Source: a virus
Taxonomy: Duplodnaviria > Caudoviricetes
DNA: 64,000 nt
IMG/VR virus record: IMGVR_UViG_3300028048_000045
Span: 32,001 to 96,000 of that record
Reading direction: 5' to 3' (one strand)
The position numbers and the translations under genes are program-made. Shown here one piece after another: positions 28,401 to 36,069 of the stretch (positions are counted from its first letter, which is position 1; each line of letters begins with the position of its first letter). A model generated the notes under the pieces. The model saw only the letters and a list, made by a program, of their open reading frames with translations, did not search any database and had not been told where the DNA came from.

Positions 28401-30714
28401 TCTTACTACAGAATGTGTTGATAAAGCAATTGCTAAACTTCGTGAAGAAAAGAAAGATGATCAGATTTTAGCAGGCATGGACGATAATAAACTTAAGAAA
28501 TATCTTGAGCAAATGAATGCTGTTTCTAAAGAAGATCTCGATAATAATGGAGATGGTGAAGTAGATGAGAATTCTAAAGCAGAAGCTGAAGCTGCCGCAT
28601 TGGAACATCAAACTGCTTATCGAAAGATTTATCTTGAAATTTGTCGTGCTTATGTTTTGGAAAACAAAATTGCTTGGTTGACTTCACATTGTACTCTTGA
28701 AAAATTTAAGAAATATTCTGGACAAGATGCACAAACTGACTTATCTGGTAAAGATAGAGCTAAACGTGTTGCAGGAATCCTTACTAATCCTGTAGGTTCA
28801 TTGGCTAATGCTGTTTTGAAAAAGAAAGGCGCTATAACTGAAAAAGAAGCTAAGACTGTTAAAAAAGTTGGAACTGCTTTAACTGTAGCAACAATACTAG
28901 GTGGTCCTCTTGGTGGATTACTAGTTGGTGGTGGAATAGCTCTTGTAGCTGGTGCTAAGAAAGCTTGGAAAGAACGTAAACATATTGGTAGAGCAATTGC
29001 TAATGTATTTAGACGTGGTGCTACTAAAGGTTTAATTATGGATCCATATACAAAGATGGAACGTTCAAGAATAATGAACCGTTTTAGTAATACTAAGAAA
29101 GTTCGTACTAATTTCGTTAAGAAACTTATTGAAATTGCTGATAAATATGGTGAAGGTCATATTAGTGAATGGAAAGAATTCAATGATAAACTTAGCAGTT
29201 ACAATAGTGAAATGAATCCTGGAATTGGTAAACAGATGGCTGAAACATTTGCTAAATGTGCCAATTACAAATATCAAGATGATGATGGAAATGTTACTGA
29301 TATGGTTAATACTACATTAGGTATAACTATTCCAAAAGATCATCCTGATAGAGATAACATTGCTGTCGCATCTGGTATGGTTGGTTGGGTTGCTGAATAT
29401 ATGCCTGAACTCGACGGTATGTGTCAAAGTATCTTCGGTATGACTATAAAACACTTAGCAGTTAAAATAATTGTTAAAGGTGAAAAAATAGCTAAAGCTG
29501 CAAACAACTACGAAAAATATATTACAAGACGTGCTGAAATACTTGGTGCTCCACAGGATAAACTTAAAGCTTATGAATCTGGACTAAAAGGTGGTGACAA
29601 AGCTACCGGATGGGGAAGATTTAAAGCTGGTTTCAAGAGTTTCTTCTCTAGAAAAGATAGTGATGAACTTGATTCTAATAGAATTGGATTCGAAGACGTT
29701 AAGATCTATAAGTACTGGAAACAACACAAATACGATCCTGTAATCGCTATTGAAAAACGAGTTGCTGGTAAATATGGTAAATATCTTGAGATTATTGATA
29801 AACATTGTGAAGATGTTGAAGCTCAAAATAAATTTATCAACGAATTCCTTAAAGAAGCTACTAAATACGTTAATGATAATGGATTAGCATGGCTTACAAC
29901 TAAAACAACTTTACAGGAATTTGAAGAATTAGAAAAAGATGGATTTAAATCCGGTGCAACTATAGCTGCTATCCGTGAAAAACAACAAGCTGAACTTCAA
30001 GCTAAGTTAAGTCAAACTAAACAAGGTTCTAGAAAATATAAGAAACTTCAGAAAGAACTTGAAAGAATGGGTATGTCTACAACTGGATCTACTTCTTCTA
30101 ACAATATCGATCTGAAACGTGACTTTGATGAACTTTCTGCTGAACTCATGAAAAATTATGATCAAGCAGGTTTGGCAGCTCACGAAACTGCAAGTACAGC
30201 TATTAGAGATACGATTTGGAAACCAGCTGGTGGTAACTTCTATGGAGATAATCCTGGAATGGTTGCTCGTAACGATATATCTAATATTGGTGAAGAACGT
30301 GGTGGACCAGATACATTTGGTACATTGGGTTCTACTGATAATATCAGAATTCTTAAAGAAAAAGCAACAGCCGGTGCACAGAATGCTCTTAATCAGATTA
30401 AACAAAGATCTGATAAAGTTGCTGATGGTGTAAGAAATGTTGCTAAACGAGCTCCTGGTCTTGTAGATAAGGTAGCTTCTAAAGTTTCTGTAAAACAGTC
30501 ACCGATAAATGATTTCGTAATTGATTTCAAGAACGAATTAATTAATAAATTAAATATTCTTGATGAAATCCATAGTGAACAGTTGCGTCATAATAACGTT
30601 TCTGAAGAATTCTACTCAGCATTATTAAATATGGTAGCTGTTATGGCTAAGGCACAAGGTAATCCTAGAGTTGCATCACAACTTGATGCCATGGTAAAAC
30701 AAGTGTCTAAATAA
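22462..30714 (+). CDS. tape-measure-like giant tail protein
   Basis: 2750 aa; helical K/A/G-rich with Gly/Ala hydrophobic segments and internal repeats; downstream of sheath/tube; late promoter 22409-22421. Confidence 0.7.
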   Translation: MKKGNNSGNDDFSFSTGGGDEFFPLNVDKNNNKDTKAPKGVKGYLKNVAKSVVNLGVKTGKHLYPEAVELGEKFKPDTTSTTNPKAYIANWKAEAKKYTDIGKDILGSAVKDAKDAVRTGKFVKTEDERNNAEEMFGDMFGDDGFDFGGDSVSFDSDIGGDDSNFNLGSDDDSGSVGATLNVGSAVVKSSYANARLNTKLTETTNATIVGATQTQIKSDRAMFAQNLEISQEQHRQKMLMMTNIATNIGKIIEQGNVSIKAQIEFSAKQLAFSQDLAAMVKEVRDAQWAQIKPKKAGDVKKSKFQSIFGNGKTSGFNLGEFQKHFFNSMKSEAAGGAFDMLGTGKEMIDMMMDMGGGAGALKNMISDMLFESAVDAITGGRSSYGSRLLNSKLEGLPGAVNRKLGSISKRGAPGLEKLLGKLPFGIGNKIDLKQLAGWAHVDNDVKLKSGKYDMDPSEVHPFDNAAHKALTEVIPWQLAKIDAGINRTEQEFFNYKSNKWEKVSSIRKHLDRTREEVLEYSNGYSAINDRLATGIDLKNSYKQILTEYETNPTFKAGYYNKTWNKDKAQAAVNLGTEAKKFIMKNKKTLIHNVMMIASDEEMDDVLASLLDNESDNFPRFFEGVPSPTGELTEEIVAYYLYNTIKEFSKAEPQEWISFQTDLASYKNKLTSNNFENEDKYFGAGAGIAFDASISSDIFENERNELNKQRQKLEKRKEALLKKDSKTLKLESLSSKYLGKDVESVKDINDQLKKLSAAERDLNEREATSTTGMLKVHSPSDADKFIISDLHDSSTHGLINNIFNLLLTGLDVYVKNPSGKQHDYHKQIIDSALSIKEAAIRKSKASETEEDESNVFGVDSVSKTLADREASFNSSDKAFENTLWGKIPGMKSVYRAFNKATNGINNFGNRILGENFYSVHDSFQPIDENGEYFRTVLTEEERSKYRELKNQYDSAPKEAKDKIKSEIKTLLMKSKNSKAAKSLKFGANIFTSAFNRSELSKSIKVLGSKLSRVSVKGKTLGEYVSETNNSELMNKLSKATSVEEKINIIRDMGSSKAKAFADEAQKQYNTNKSKFDSDFKDSASGKYTLDSIKAGLGKKIYSGLSTVQNKVLGNELVNIKDAKGNKLKDTLAEINSQVLNYKLAKEPDPAEKCKILLNADYKELEPFKPKIEEFRAKALEDLSNSGSIKGILGNFKNKILDTVKNKIGGKLAAMNQNRILSGDLIKLKNKETGKTIGQIVSEINDPSLILNLNSAKSVDEKINILLAYDNPQLNKCKQDLIKFKKSAASLDKSFGGIVAWTKQRGKENLDKFIKNTLIKKLKKIKVGEKTLGEVLGEIAKKDPSFGEKIESFNTMTDLAEFLLQSSNPELQPFKKAIRELKDKHMDDEAQGGVAGIVGMGLVTGFDMIKKSIDGVKSLFSKRKKDANEELSIIEKYVHPDIIKLFGGTKATMDVIDSLGIDVELAFKDNEYHKASKQIEFILDANKSAKRLNGKQKRALKGLMRSELDKEAATASINSINSKISSINNSFQNEMSKYGDSMSASEKKRLEAMRDEDLDRENRKLDKAKNRKDKASRKINNALGDEDGVEGNSASEQREAKARAKEEKERAKENKMRFGLLSTLVSTITGWKKKGFKLDDESTSKMQDAISEGAKQGSSEGWSGKISAFMDNTGLSNTKLGKGIQTVLNKGGSFARHITGNDKIASFLGKSKIGSTVLGVAGKFGGGAAAATGGSSMLGGAAAAVGGGGTALGGLTKVLQKILSAPKVIAKLGKSGVQTVISGIKDGAKRVLTKIFPKLATLNGMATNFVGWAALAATAVTNFIKGMSRAKTTFNIGRGLRPTVGMRLACGLAAMLDGVLLGIPGTICKAMGFRNAEEWFYSIVGKTAEKEALSRYAKYNSMRATIFGIDDPQNLIAYENRNLEKGGNFFDNLGSGAKRLGRAIANVATLGIAKNNDEKDSQLLGFQSVDIFKMWKERKYTPLTTECVDKAIAKLREEKKDDQILAGMDDNKLKKYLEQMNAVSKEDLDNNGDGEVDENSKAEAEAAALEHQTAYRKIYLEICRAYVLENKIAWLTSHCTLEKFKKYSGQDAQTDLSGKDRAKRVAGILTNPVGSLANAVLKKKGAITEKEAKTVKKVGTALTVATILGGPLGGLLVGGGIALVAGAKKAWKERKHIGRAIANVFRRGATKGLIMDPYTKMERSRIMNRFSNTKKVRTNFVKKLIEIADKYGEGHISEWKEFNDKLSSYNSEMNPGIGKQMAETFAKCANYKYQDDDGNVTDMVNTTLGITIPKDHPDRDNIAVASGMVGWVAEYMPELDGMCQSIFGMTIKHLAVKIIVKGEKIAKAANNYEKYITRRAEILGAPQDKLKAYESGLKGGDKATGWGRFKAGFKSFFSRKDSDELDSNRIGFEDVKIYKYWKQHKYDPVIAIEKRVAGKYGKYLEIIDKHCEDVEAQNKFINEFLKEATKYVNDNGLAWLTTKTTLQEFEELEKDGFKSGATIAAIREKQQAELQAKLSQTKQGSRKYKKLQKELERMGMSTTGSTSSNNIDLKRDFDELSAELMKNYDQAGLAAHETASTAIRDTIWKPAGGNFYGDNPGMVARNDISNIGEERGGPDTFGTLGSTDNIRILKEKATAGAQNALNQIKQRSDKVADGVRNVAKRAPGLVDKVASKVSVKQSPINDFVIDFKNELINKLNILDEIHSEQLRHNNVSEEFYSALLNMVAVMAKAQGNPRVASQLDAMVKQVSK
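25501..26590 (+). repeat. four ~100-aa protein-level repeats in the tape-measure-like protein
   Basis: Units begin KGKTLGEY (~25501), KGNKLKDTL (~25825), TGKTIGQI (~26152), GEKTLGEV (~26437). Confidence 0.7.
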
Positions 30715-30725
30715 CATATAATTTT

Positions 30726-30755
30726 AATACCTGGTGAGTTTTCTCACCAGGTATT
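30726..30755 (+). terminator. terminator after the tape-measure-like gene
   Basis: aatacctggtgag-tttt-ctcaccaggtatt. Confidence 0.85.
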
Positions 30756-30803
30756 TATTTTATGACTGAAAAACATTTTAATATACAAGATGGAGTCATA
30801 ATT

Positions 30804-31391
30804 ATGAAAATAAATAAAAATTCAGCTGCCGCTAAAGTTCCTTTTATAAAACCTAATGTTAATGTAATGTATCAGGTTGATTTTAAAAGAGATGATAGTA
30901 AACCTAAAGATCCTGAAACAAATATCCATAAATATGGATGTAACTTTATGTGTTGTTTAGCAGTACCTCAATTTATGAATAAGAAAAAATTATTACCTTC
31001 TCAAATAATCGATATTTATTTATATGCTAATAAAAGCGGATGGCTTGAATATGATTGTACAGTAATTAGTCCAAATGAAATTATGAATTATGCTGCACAA
31101 CTACTAGGTGATAAAAAATATAGATACTCTAATGTTTTTGTTAAAGGTATTGCTTCTGGTGCTGATTGGAACGTATCAAATTATCAACATACTAGCGATC
31201 TTCCTGGAAATGGAAATATTTATTTCTTTATTGTAGATTTCTTAACAGGTAGTACTGGTAATTATGGTGGGCACCATTTTGAACTATATAACTCGATTGG
31301 TACACTTATGTACGATCCAGCTAATTGTACAGTACATAAATACAAAGGTGTAGATAAAATTTCTTGTTATAAAGTTTCTTTTAAAAAATAG
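30804..31391 (+). CDS. DUF261-like / C39-like cysteine peptidase
   Basis: IHKYGCNFMC...ISPNEI...HHFEL...MYDP (Cys-His-Asp pattern); ATG 30804 follows GGAG and lies downstream of late promoter 30773-30785. Confidence 0.6.
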   Translation: MKINKNSAAAKVPFIKPNVNVMYQVDFKRDDSKPKDPETNIHKYGCNFMCCLAVPQFMNKKKLLPSQIIDIYLYANKSGWLEYDCTVISPNEIMNYAAQLLGDKKYRYSNVFVKGIASGADWNVSNYQHTSDLPGNGNIYFFIVDFLTGSTGNYGGHHFELYNSIGTLMYDPANCTVHKYKGVDKISCYKVSFKK

Positions 31392-31405
31392 ATATTTTTG
31401 ATTGA

Positions 31406-31600
31406 ACATATAAATATACAAATTCACAAACCTGCATCCTGACGTCTTTTTGGTCTTTCAATTGTCATTTTTTTCATTTAAATCCTCCTATAAATTTTTT
31501 TGAAATTACCCATTGGTAAGAGTTTTCGTGAATTTTCTCTTATCGATGGCAAAAAGCTTTTAGTCTTTTTGATAAAGCGGGGCAGTTAATTCTGCCCCGT
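31406..31600 (+). ncRNA. candidate late structured sRNA with anti-SD segment
   Basis: Perfect late promoter with no plus-strand ORF downstream; 13-bp stem with two G-U pairs that work only on +; 7-bp stem; terminal GC hairpin. Confidence 0.5.
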
Positions 31601-31656
31601 ATAATTTTTGTTCTGATGACAAAATGATATACTATAAATAAAAAGAGGTCATATTT

Positions 31657-33771
31657 ATGGCTAGTTCATATCAAGAAAATTTTAATCCTGATTCTACAGA
31701 TTTAAATTACAATTTAGGATTACATAATGTTGCTATTATAGATACCGAAACTGGTAAACCTATAGATATCACAAGTATTTCAGATTCTTTTAGACTTGCA
31801 AGAAATAAGAATGATGGAACTGTTTATAATAAATATAACATGGATTCTAATTTACTTGCAGGATTTATTGAAGATCCTGAAGAAGGTTTAAATGCAGTTT
31901 CTTGTGTAGAAGCTTTAGGTTTATATACAACTAGTTATATTAATGATAAAATAACTGGTAAAGATTCCGTATTACAAAAATCGATTAATAGTGATCCTAC
32001 TAAGTTAGATATAACTCCAGATTTGGAAGATAACTTAACCTTTAAAACTTATTTAAAAGGTGGTCCGTTTGTTAGAAATTATGATAATAGTCCTGTAAAT
32101 GATGCCGAAGTATCAGATTCAGACTATGCAAGTACTGAAAAATATAAACGTTTAGCTCCACACTTAGGTATTGGTTTAGGTGAAGCAACGATATTAAATC
32201 CACAATTCCAATTCAATAAACGTGATGATCCTAGAACTAATCCAGTTTATACTAAGATTGGAAGAATTTATTCTTCTGAAGTTATGAATAACTGGCCTAT
32301 AGTTTTATTCCAACCTGGAAGAATTAAATATCATACAGGATTCTTTAAAATGCTTGGACTTGGTTCCGGGGCAGGTATGAATGAAACTTTAATTCGTACT
32401 GGTGGAGAAGGATTGTTAGGAGTTCTTTCTAAACTTTGGACTGGTGTAACAGATATTTTAGGTGTGGTAGGTTCTATAGGTTCTGCTATATTTGGTGGAA
32501 ATAAAGTTATTGAATTTAGGCAGGCTAGAAACCTATTCAAACAATATGTAGAATTTCTTTGGAAAGATTTAGCAACAATTATGGGACTTTATACAGATAA
32601 TGGATATTGTGGTTCTATTAAAGATCTAGATCTTAATAAAGTTATACCTACAAATATTATGAATGCTGAAGGTGGATCTGGAGTAAATGTTTTAAACGAC
32701 CAATTTATTTCTTTCAGATGTTCTAAAGATGTAATTGGATCTGAATCATTTTCAAACTCTACAGAAACTAACCCATTGATGGAAAGTATGAATGCTACAG
32801 CTGCTCAAAATGATGATGCTAATCCTAATAGTGGTGAAACTGGATTAGGTGCTGTTACAGCTGGTGTTAAAAAATTAGGTTTGAAAATGGCTTCTTCATT
32901 CTCAGAACAAGCTGCAGTATTATCTGGAAAAGGACGAATTACATTACCGGATGTATTCTCATCAAGTTCTTTCTCTAGAACATTTACTTGCTCATTTAAA
33001 TTTCATTATCCGTACGGTGATCCTATGGGTAAATTTGAAAATCTATATATTCCATTTTTAACATTACTTACTATGAGTGCTCCTAGACAAATTGGTAAAA
33101 TGTCTTATACATCACCATTTGCTGTAAGAGTATTCGTTAAAAATAAAATTATGATTAATTATGGAATGGTTGAATCATTATCTGTAACTCGTGGTGGAGA
33201 TGGAAATGATTGGGGTCCAGATGGTTTCCCAAAAACAATGTCTGTTGAAATCAATATTAAAGATATGGAACCTAATATTAGTTTACCATTAGCATCTCGT
33301 GGGCCAGTTCGTATGGCTTTGGAATCAATGTTCCCATCTTGTGGTATTTCTGAATATTTAGCAACACTTGGTGGTTTATCACTTGATGATATGACACATA
33401 ACTTCCGTAAATCGCATTTCAAACGTGCTGGAATGATGTTTGTAAATGCTTGGAAAGCTAAATTAGATCCATCAAACATAGTATCGTCAGTTACTAACAC
33501 TAGAGCAATTTCTAATATTATAGGTTTATTCTCTTCAGTAGATTTCGATACTTATAATTCTCTTGGTAATTTTGCTAAAGAAAATGCGGATCAAATTTTG
33601 AAAAACACAGCTAATGTAAAATTTGCAGCGCCATCATTTGGTTACCATTTCGTAAACAGATCTGGTGGAGATGGTTATAATGAAATTGCAAAGATACATA
33701 AAGCTGATAGTGAATCTATTTCAGCAATTTCATCTGAATTTACAAATTCCAACTATCCTGAAATAAAATAA
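31657..33771 (+). CDS. virion structural protein (baseplate hub/tail-associated, probable)
   Basis: Late promoter 31619-31631; PYGD...YIP...YTSPF...GMVESLSVTRGG...INIKD pattern typical of jumbo-phage tail/baseplate proteins. Confidence 0.55.
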   Translation: MASSYQENFNPDSTDLNYNLGLHNVAIIDTETGKPIDITSISDSFRLARNKNDGTVYNKYNMDSNLLAGFIEDPEEGLNAVSCVEALGLYTTSYINDKITGKDSVLQKSINSDPTKLDITPDLEDNLTFKTYLKGGPFVRNYDNSPVNDAEVSDSDYASTEKYKRLAPHLGIGLGEATILNPQFQFNKRDDPRTNPVYTKIGRIYSSEVMNNWPIVLFQPGRIKYHTGFFKMLGLGSGAGMNETLIRTGGEGLLGVLSKLWTGVTDILGVVGSIGSAIFGGNKVIEFRQARNLFKQYVEFLWKDLATIMGLYTDNGYCGSIKDLDLNKVIPTNIMNAEGGSGVNVLNDQFISFRCSKDVIGSESFSNSTETNPLMESMNATAAQNDDANPNSGETGLGAVTAGVKKLGLKMASSFSEQAAVLSGKGRITLPDVFSSSSFSRTFTCSFKFHYPYGDPMGKFENLYIPFLTLLTMSAPRQIGKMSYTSPFAVRVFVKNKIMINYGMVESLSVTRGGDGNDWGPDGFPKTMSVEINIKDMEPNISLPLASRGPVRMALESMFPSCGISEYLATLGGLSLDDMTHNFRKSHFKRAGMMFVNAWKAKLDPSNIVSSVTNTRAISNIIGLFSSVDFDTYNSLGNFAKENADQILKNTANVKFAAPSFGYHFVNRSGGDGYNEIAKIHKADSESISAISSEFTNSNYPEIK

Positions 33772-33780
33772 ATATAAAAT

Positions 33781-33810
33781 AATCTTGGTGGGATTATTCC
33801 CACCAAGATT
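33781..33810. terminator. bidirectional terminator between convergent genes
   Basis: aatcttggtggga-ttat-tcccaccaagatt. Confidence 0.85.
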
Positions 33811-33816
33811 TATATA

Positions 33817-36048
33817 TTACATTACGTAATTTCTAATATCAGCAATATCTTCTTTTGAAAGGAAACCAAGTTTATCTGCTGTAATATAAGCTGTTGAAAT
33901 TGCTTTGGCTTTATTTCTAATTAGAAGAGCCTCAGATGAATTTTCAATAGTCTTATCAGCAGCAAGCTTAGACATTACCTTTTCAAAAATATTCGAATCG
34001 ATCTTAGTTGTATCTTCTTCTTCAAGAATAAGTTCAACCAATTTATCGGTATCGAAGTTATATTTTATACCGCTGTTTCTAAGTTTTTCATTCCAGTTAG
34101 AACGAACTTCTTTCTTAATCTTTTCTGCTTCTTCAAAGAATGAATAACCATAAGCATCGATATCTTTAAGAGAAGTCAATGTTACTCTCTGATTATCATT
34201 TCCATCTTTTTCAGAACAGAATACCTGCATATCCATCAAATCACTGAGACTAATCTGAGATTCAATAGACTGAAGAGCTTCGATTTTATTTTCAACTTCG
34301 AACTTTTCATTAGGTTCAAGATTTACAACCTTTTCATTGAGAAGTTCATTAAGATATCCGAGCTGTTCCTTATTACCAATAACATCAGATCTATCAGCAA
34401 TTTCAGATTTAACGTCAGAAATCTTAAGAGCGAGTTTGAAAATATCAGCAAGTTCATGTTCATGAAGTTCTTCTTTAGAAGCCATGTCTTTAGTCATAGG
34501 CTTAATAAGTTCAGGGTTGAAAAGTGAATTTACAGCATTTTCTACAGGATTACCAGTTCTCTGGAATTTATTATCCAAAATACCAGCGATACCCATATCT
34601 TCAAGAAGTTTGTTAACTCCTTCTTCAGTAGCGTTGATCTTTTCACAAGTATCAGTAAGCTGTTTATCGATATCTGACTTAGCCATTCCTTCGATAACAT
34701 CGCCTTCTGTCTTATTAAGCATTTCAAATGCATGAGATGCTCTAGTACGCATTGTGTCGAAGAACATCTTACCATTATCTTTCTGAAGAGCCAAATAAGC
34801 TGTAAGTTTTGAAGAAGGTTCAAATGCATGAGTTCCAATCTTTTTAAGATTCATAGGAATAATATTCTGAACCATAGCTTCGAGACTTGGAATAGGATCT
34901 GGTGTAATTTCATTATCATATGAAGACTGGAATTCTTCGATAACATTTCCATTATCATCTTCATAATCATTTTCAGTAGATTCAGCTGTAGATGAACCCT
35001 GGTTATCGATACAAGATTCACCATTATCACTGCTTACTGAATATGCTTCATCGTCATTAACTGTGTTAGGATCAATGCCATCATCAAGTTCACGGAATTG
35101 ATCGAGAATATCTTCAGCAGCTTCTCTTGAGAAAGAAGTAGGATCGTAGTTTGTTGACCAGTCTTCACCAGACTGAATAGATGTTCCACCAATATCTCTC
35201 ATTGAGAAAAGATCTTCACATGAAAGCATCTTATTTTTCTTACCACGTTTCATAGCTTTAATGAGGAGACCTTCAGTTGCTTGAGCAGCATCTCCCATAT
35301 CAGCATCATCTGTAGAAGTATCATCACTTGATGTATCGTTTGAAGAATTATCGCCATTTTCTTTAGCTTCTTTTTCTTCATCAGTTTCACCATTGATCTT
35401 CTTTTCGATTTCGGCTTTAGTTTCATTAATTTCTGAAACAGCTTCACGAATTACAGAATTTTTAGCTTCAGTTTCAAGAACTAATTTAGATACTGTATCT
35501 TTAATATCGTCAACAAGTTCAGCACCTTCTGTAGACATAAGAACTTCCAAACCTTTCTTAAGGTTTTTACCATTATCAAGCTGTTTGATAAAGAGAGGTT
35601 CGTAAATAGTATCTACATATTTTGCAGCATCTTCGAAACTCATATTGTTAATCTTTCCAGCATCGAAATCAGCTTCAAGCATTTTAGCACGGTCATCAGC
35701 TTCATTATAAATATGAGCTGCTACAAGTTGCATGATAGATTCTGTAAGATTTTTAGGATTTACAATTTCATGAGCTACATTAACGTTGTACAGTGCACCA
35801 GTTTCTTCATTAACAGCATTGTTAACGAATTCTTTAGCTGAATCTTTAATTGTTTTTGTAACTTCATTTAAGATTGCTTCCTTTGTATCAGTTCCAAGTT
35901 CTACATTTTTTGGAGCATCAATTGTTACAGCATCTTTAATCATTGAAGACATAAAGCCTTCCATACAAGATTCATATGAGCGTTTCTTATATTCTTTAGA
36001 AGCGTTGTCTACAACAGACATAAAGTCATTTTTATTATCATTAACCAT
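33817..36048 (-). CDS. acidic head/internal protein
   Basis: 743 aa; many S/A-x-E motifs (SFE, STE, ATE, SGE, SLE); AAGGAG SD; downstream of baseplate gene. Confidence 0.55.
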   Translation of the reverse strand: MVNDNKNDFMSVVDNASKEYKKRSYESCMEGFMSSMIKDAVTIDAPKNVELGTDTKEAILNEVTKTIKDSAKEFVNNAVNEETGALYNVNVAHEIVNPKNLTESIMQLVAAHIYNEADDRAKMLEADFDAGKINNMSFEDAAKYVDTIYEPLFIKQLDNGKNLKKGLEVLMSTEGAELVDDIKDTVSKLVLETEAKNSVIREAVSEINETKAEIEKKINGETDEEKEAKENGDNSSNDTSSDDTSTDDADMGDAAQATEGLLIKAMKRGKKNKMLSCEDLFSMRDIGGTSIQSGEDWSTNYDPTSFSREAAEDILDQFRELDDGIDPNTVNDDEAYSVSSDNGESCIDNQGSSTAESTENDYEDDNGNVIEEFQSSYDNEITPDPIPSLEAMVQNIIPMNLKKIGTHAFEPSSKLTAYLALQKDNGKMFFDTMRTRASHAFEMLNKTEGDVIEGMAKSDIDKQLTDTCEKINATEEGVNKLLEDMGIAGILDNKFQRTGNPVENAVNSLFNPELIKPMTKDMASKEELHEHELADIFKLALKISDVKSEIADRSDVIGNKEQLGYLNELLNEKVVNLEPNEKFEVENKIEALQSIESQISLSDLMDMQVFCSEKDGNDNQRVTLTSLKDIDAYGYSFFEEAEKIKKEVRSNWNEKLRNSGIKYNFDTDKLVELILEEEDTTKIDSNIFEKVMSKLAADKTIENSSEALLIRNKAKAISTAYITADKLGFLSKEDIADIRNYVM

Positions 36049-36069
36049 GACTAGTTATCTCCTTAAAAT

